Shown piece by piece: positions 61,575-64,000 of a stretch of 64,000 bases of DNA; the stretch's first letter is position 1, and each line of letters begins with the position of its first letter. The translations under genes were made by a program, and so were the position numbers. Source of the DNA: Basidiobolus meristosporus CBS 931.73 (Eukaryota; Fungi; Basidiobolomycota); contig MCFE01000108.1 of assembly GCA_002104905.1 (NCBI GenBank), forward strand, positions 104,835 through 168,834, read 5' to 3'. Under the pieces are notes generated by a model. The model saw only the letters and a program-made list of their open reading frames with translations, ran no database searches and was not told where the DNA came from.

Positions 61575-64000
61575 AGACAGTCACCAACAGGTGAAATCTT
61601 TATTTCAGTTGAAACAAAGAAGCCAGCGCTACTGTTGTAGCTTTGATACAAGAGTGTGTAGCTGAGGGGAATTTGTAGGTAAGTTAATAAGAAGTGATGA
61701 TAGTTCTTCAGTGCTCAAGACACTGTTCAGTGGGAAGGGGGGTAGCAAGAGAGGTAAGAATGACTTGTGAACAACATCAATGAGGGGAATGTGATAAGGA
61801 TTGATATTCATCATAAAGGGAGTGTGCTGCTGCAGATATTGCTGCCAAAGGTCTGTCAAGTACTTCATGTAGGCCAGCTTGGGTTTTTCTGACTGCAGAA
61901 TATAGTGTGCAAACTTCTTGACTTCAGGATCTCCAAGTATAGTTCTCCAGCAGGAGCCAGGTGTTGTGTGGTGTGTTCTCTTCCAGGCCTTAATCAGTGG
62001 GTTGCTGCAGTTGTGAAGTCTGAGGTATAATCTGGTTCTAAGGTAGAGAAGTCTGATCTTATAGGGCATAAACCCAAAAGCACCAAGAATAGCATGTCTG
62101 TAGGGGCATTCAGGCAAATGAGGCACCAAGGAGGTAATGCACCATACTGCAAACTTGTCAAGCTTAGTGCAGTCACTAGAAGTAAGAGAGAGAAGTGGTA
62201 AGCCAAATTCCAGGACAGGGAAGACAAACTGCTTGAGTAGAAGGAGGCAGCTGGGAGCTGAAGTTGTAGGAGGAGTAACAGCCAGTAGCTTGTGGAGTGC
62301 CTGTCTTGCCAGGATAATTCTCTTCTTCAGGTGTGCTCCAGAGTCTAGTCCAGTAGGAAGGAAAGGAAAGCCAAGATATGTAGCAGAAACCTGAGCAGGT
62401 AGAGTGGAGTTCTCCAAGTTGATGGGAGAGCCCAAAGGTACTGTCTTTGCAATGGAAAGCTGGAGATTATTCTTCTGCAGATACTGGTGGATGGTCTGGG
62501 AGTCTTGTTGCACATTGGAGGAGGATATTCTGATGTCATCAGCAAAGAGAGTAACCAGGCAGTCAGCTGAGAGTCTTGGGAAATCATTCAGGAAGATGGC
62601 AAACAGTATAGGACCAAGCACAGAGCCTTGAACCACTCCATTAGGAACTGAGAACACAGCTGATTGCTCACTTGGGTGCAGAATTCTTGCTTGTGGATCC
62701 AGAAACAGAGACCTGACAAGGAGGGTGAGAGAGGTACTGGAGAAGCATTGCAACTTGGACCAAAGCAGATTTCTGTCAACTGAATCAAAGGCCTTAGTAA
62801 TATCAAACAGAACTGAGGGATACTTGCACTGGAGAGAGTGATCTTGGCTAAGTATGACTGCATATTCCAAGGAGAGGCCAGGAACAAAGCCAAACTGTGC
62901 AGGATGAAACTTGAGGGAGTCAGAGTAGAGCTCCTGAGCAAGCAGAAGCTCAAACACCTTTCTGCAGGTGGGCAGCAGAGATATTGGCCTGTAGGAGCTA
63001 GGATCCAGGTGCTTTCCTTTACCCTTGTACAGTGGCAGAACATTTGCAAAGGACCATTCCTCAGGAGTAGAAAGCTGGGCTGAGCATTGTTGAAACAGTG
63101 GAAGCAGAAGTGCAGACATGGCCTTGGTACTAGTCTTCAGAAGCTCATAAGAGATTGTGTCCACACCTGGAGCAGTAGAGTTGGGAAGCCTCTTGAGCAC
63201 ATTATGGATTCTCCTTTGATCAAGTGCAAGTGGGATGGGCAGAGTCTTGAAGTCAGGATGAAAGCCAGGAGTTGAGTACTGCTTTGTAGAGAAGAAGATG
63301 TTAGCCAGCTGTTCTGTTGAAGGTAACTTCCTGGAAGAGGGCCTCATTGCCCTGTAGAGTCTCGATACTGTTCTTGTTATAGAGTTGGAAGATTGCAGAG
63401 GCAAAGAACTCATAATATGATCCCAGAGCTGAGTATGCAGAGTGTGGTGAATTGCCTTGGAGTGATGTATTGCTGTCAGGAGGAGTTTCTCTGTTTTTGG
63501 GTTAGGGAAACTCAGGTAGCTTTGTTGCAGGGCTGAAACAATGGATTCCCATTTTCTTGAGGTAACAGCAGTAGTCTTGCATGGCAGTGAGAGGGAGGCA
63601 GACACCAGAATCAGATGCTTCACAAAGAGCCAGGCATAGTTGAGATCATCTGGCAGAGAAAGTAGCAAACTGGCAAGCTTCAAGTAGTTCCCAAAGTCTT
63701 TCTTCTGATTCTTGGTAGCTTTGTGGGTGAGCACAGTAAGCTTTGGCAGCTTCTTCTTCACAACTGGTTGCATAGAAAGGGACCAGGCTGGGTGGTCAGA
63801 GGCTCTCAAGGATCCTAGCTCAGCTCCAGAGAATTGCCTAACTTCATTCACAAAGTAGAGGGCAGCAGCAGAAGGGCAGATCCAGTCAACACATCTTTTC
63901 TCAGATTGAGCACCTAGTGCTAGCAGATGGCTTTCTCTCAGGAAGTTCAGTAGGAATGTAGACCTTGGCTTCATTTTTGCAGTCAGAGTAGTCTTGTTCT
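61575..64000 (-). mobile_element. APE-type non-LTR retrotransposon (LINE), apparently intact, 5' end outside the window
   Basis: Uninterrupted ORF with a ~55-nt 3' UTR, no poly(A), ending in CCCCCCTAAACCCTAA on the sense strand. Confidence 0.95.
61629..64000 (-). CDS. LINE endonuclease/reverse transcriptase (more than 781 aa; frame stays open to the window edge)
   Basis: RT motifs APGVDTI, YRPISLL, QFGFVPG, FDITKAFDSV, GVVQGSVLGPILF, LFADD and LSIAKT. The N-terminal RCVDWI...SDH fits the end of an APE endonuclease domain. Confidence 0.95.
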   Translation of the reverse strand, partial: NKTTLTAKMKPRSTFLLNFLRESHLLALGAQSEKRCVDWICPSAAALYFVNEVRQFSGAELGSLRASDHPAWSLSMQPVVKKKLPKLTVLTHKATKNQKKDFGNYLKLASLLLSLPDDLNYAWLFVKHLILVSASLSLPCKTTAVTSRKWESIVSALQQSYLSFPNPKTEKLLLTAIHHSKAIHHTLHTQLWDHIMSSLPLQSSNSITRTVSRLYRAMRPSSRKLPSTEQLANIFFSTKQYSTPGFHPDFKTLPIPLALDQRRIHNVLKRLPNSTAPGVDTISYELLKTSTKAMSALLLPLFQQCSAQLSTPEEWSFANVLPLYKGKGKHLDPSSYRPISLLPTCRKVFELLLAQELYSDSLKFHPAQFGFVPGLSLEYAVILSQDHSLQCKYPSVLFDITKAFDSVDRNLLWSKLQCFSSTSLTLLVRSLFLDPQARILHPSEQSAVFSVPNGVVQGSVLGPILFAIFLNDFPRLSADCLVTLFADDIRISSSNVQQDSQTIHQYLQKNNLQLSIAKTVPLGSPINLENSTLPAQVSATYLGFPFLPTGLDSGAHLKKRIILARQALHKLLAVTPPTTSAPSCLLLLKQFVFPVLEFGLPLLSLTSSDCTKLDKFAVWCITSLVPHLPECPYRHAILGAFGFMPYKIRLLYLRTRLYLRLHNCSNPLIKAWKRTHHTTPGSCWRTILGDPEVKKFAHYILQSEKPKLAYMKYLTDLWQQYLQQHTPFMMNINPYHIPLIDVVHKSFLPLLLPPFPLNSVLSTEELSSLLINLPTNSPQLHTLVSKLQQ

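Noticed and set aside
60020-61700. CRISPR-like repeat/spacer array
   Set aside because: The context is eukaryotic, the units are hundreds of bases long, there are no unique spacers or cas genes, and retroelement copies explain the pattern.

Overview
Eukaryotic, almost certainly fungal DNA. Evidence: short GT-AG introns with CTAAC-like branch points, a fungal-type CSL gene, a Pho85-type cyclin and TTAGGG repeats. The CSL gene points away from Saccharomycotina and Pezizomycotina; an early-diverging lineage is plausible but not provable here. The window alternates sharply between CpG-purged transposon blocks (about 1-16.6 kb, 36-47.6 kb and 59.6-64 kb: CACTA, Copia, Ty3/Gypsy and LINE) and CpG-normal gene islands. 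The islands carry a small C2H2 zinc-finger gene, ubiquitin-RPS31, a J-domain gene, a Clg1-like cyclin and a CSL/Cbf12-like transcription factor. The most striking structure is at 60.0-64.0 kb: a head-to-tail array of an intact APE-type non-LTR retrotransposon and a ~520 bp non-coding element with a tRNA-like A/B-box head (a SINE). The two share a 3' stem-loop, all copies point the same way, and every junction is a short TTAGGG-type tract. This looks like a telomere-targeting LINE plus its SINE partner building or invading a chromosome end. Whether the window is actually subtelomeric cannot be seen, because the LINE runs off the right edge.
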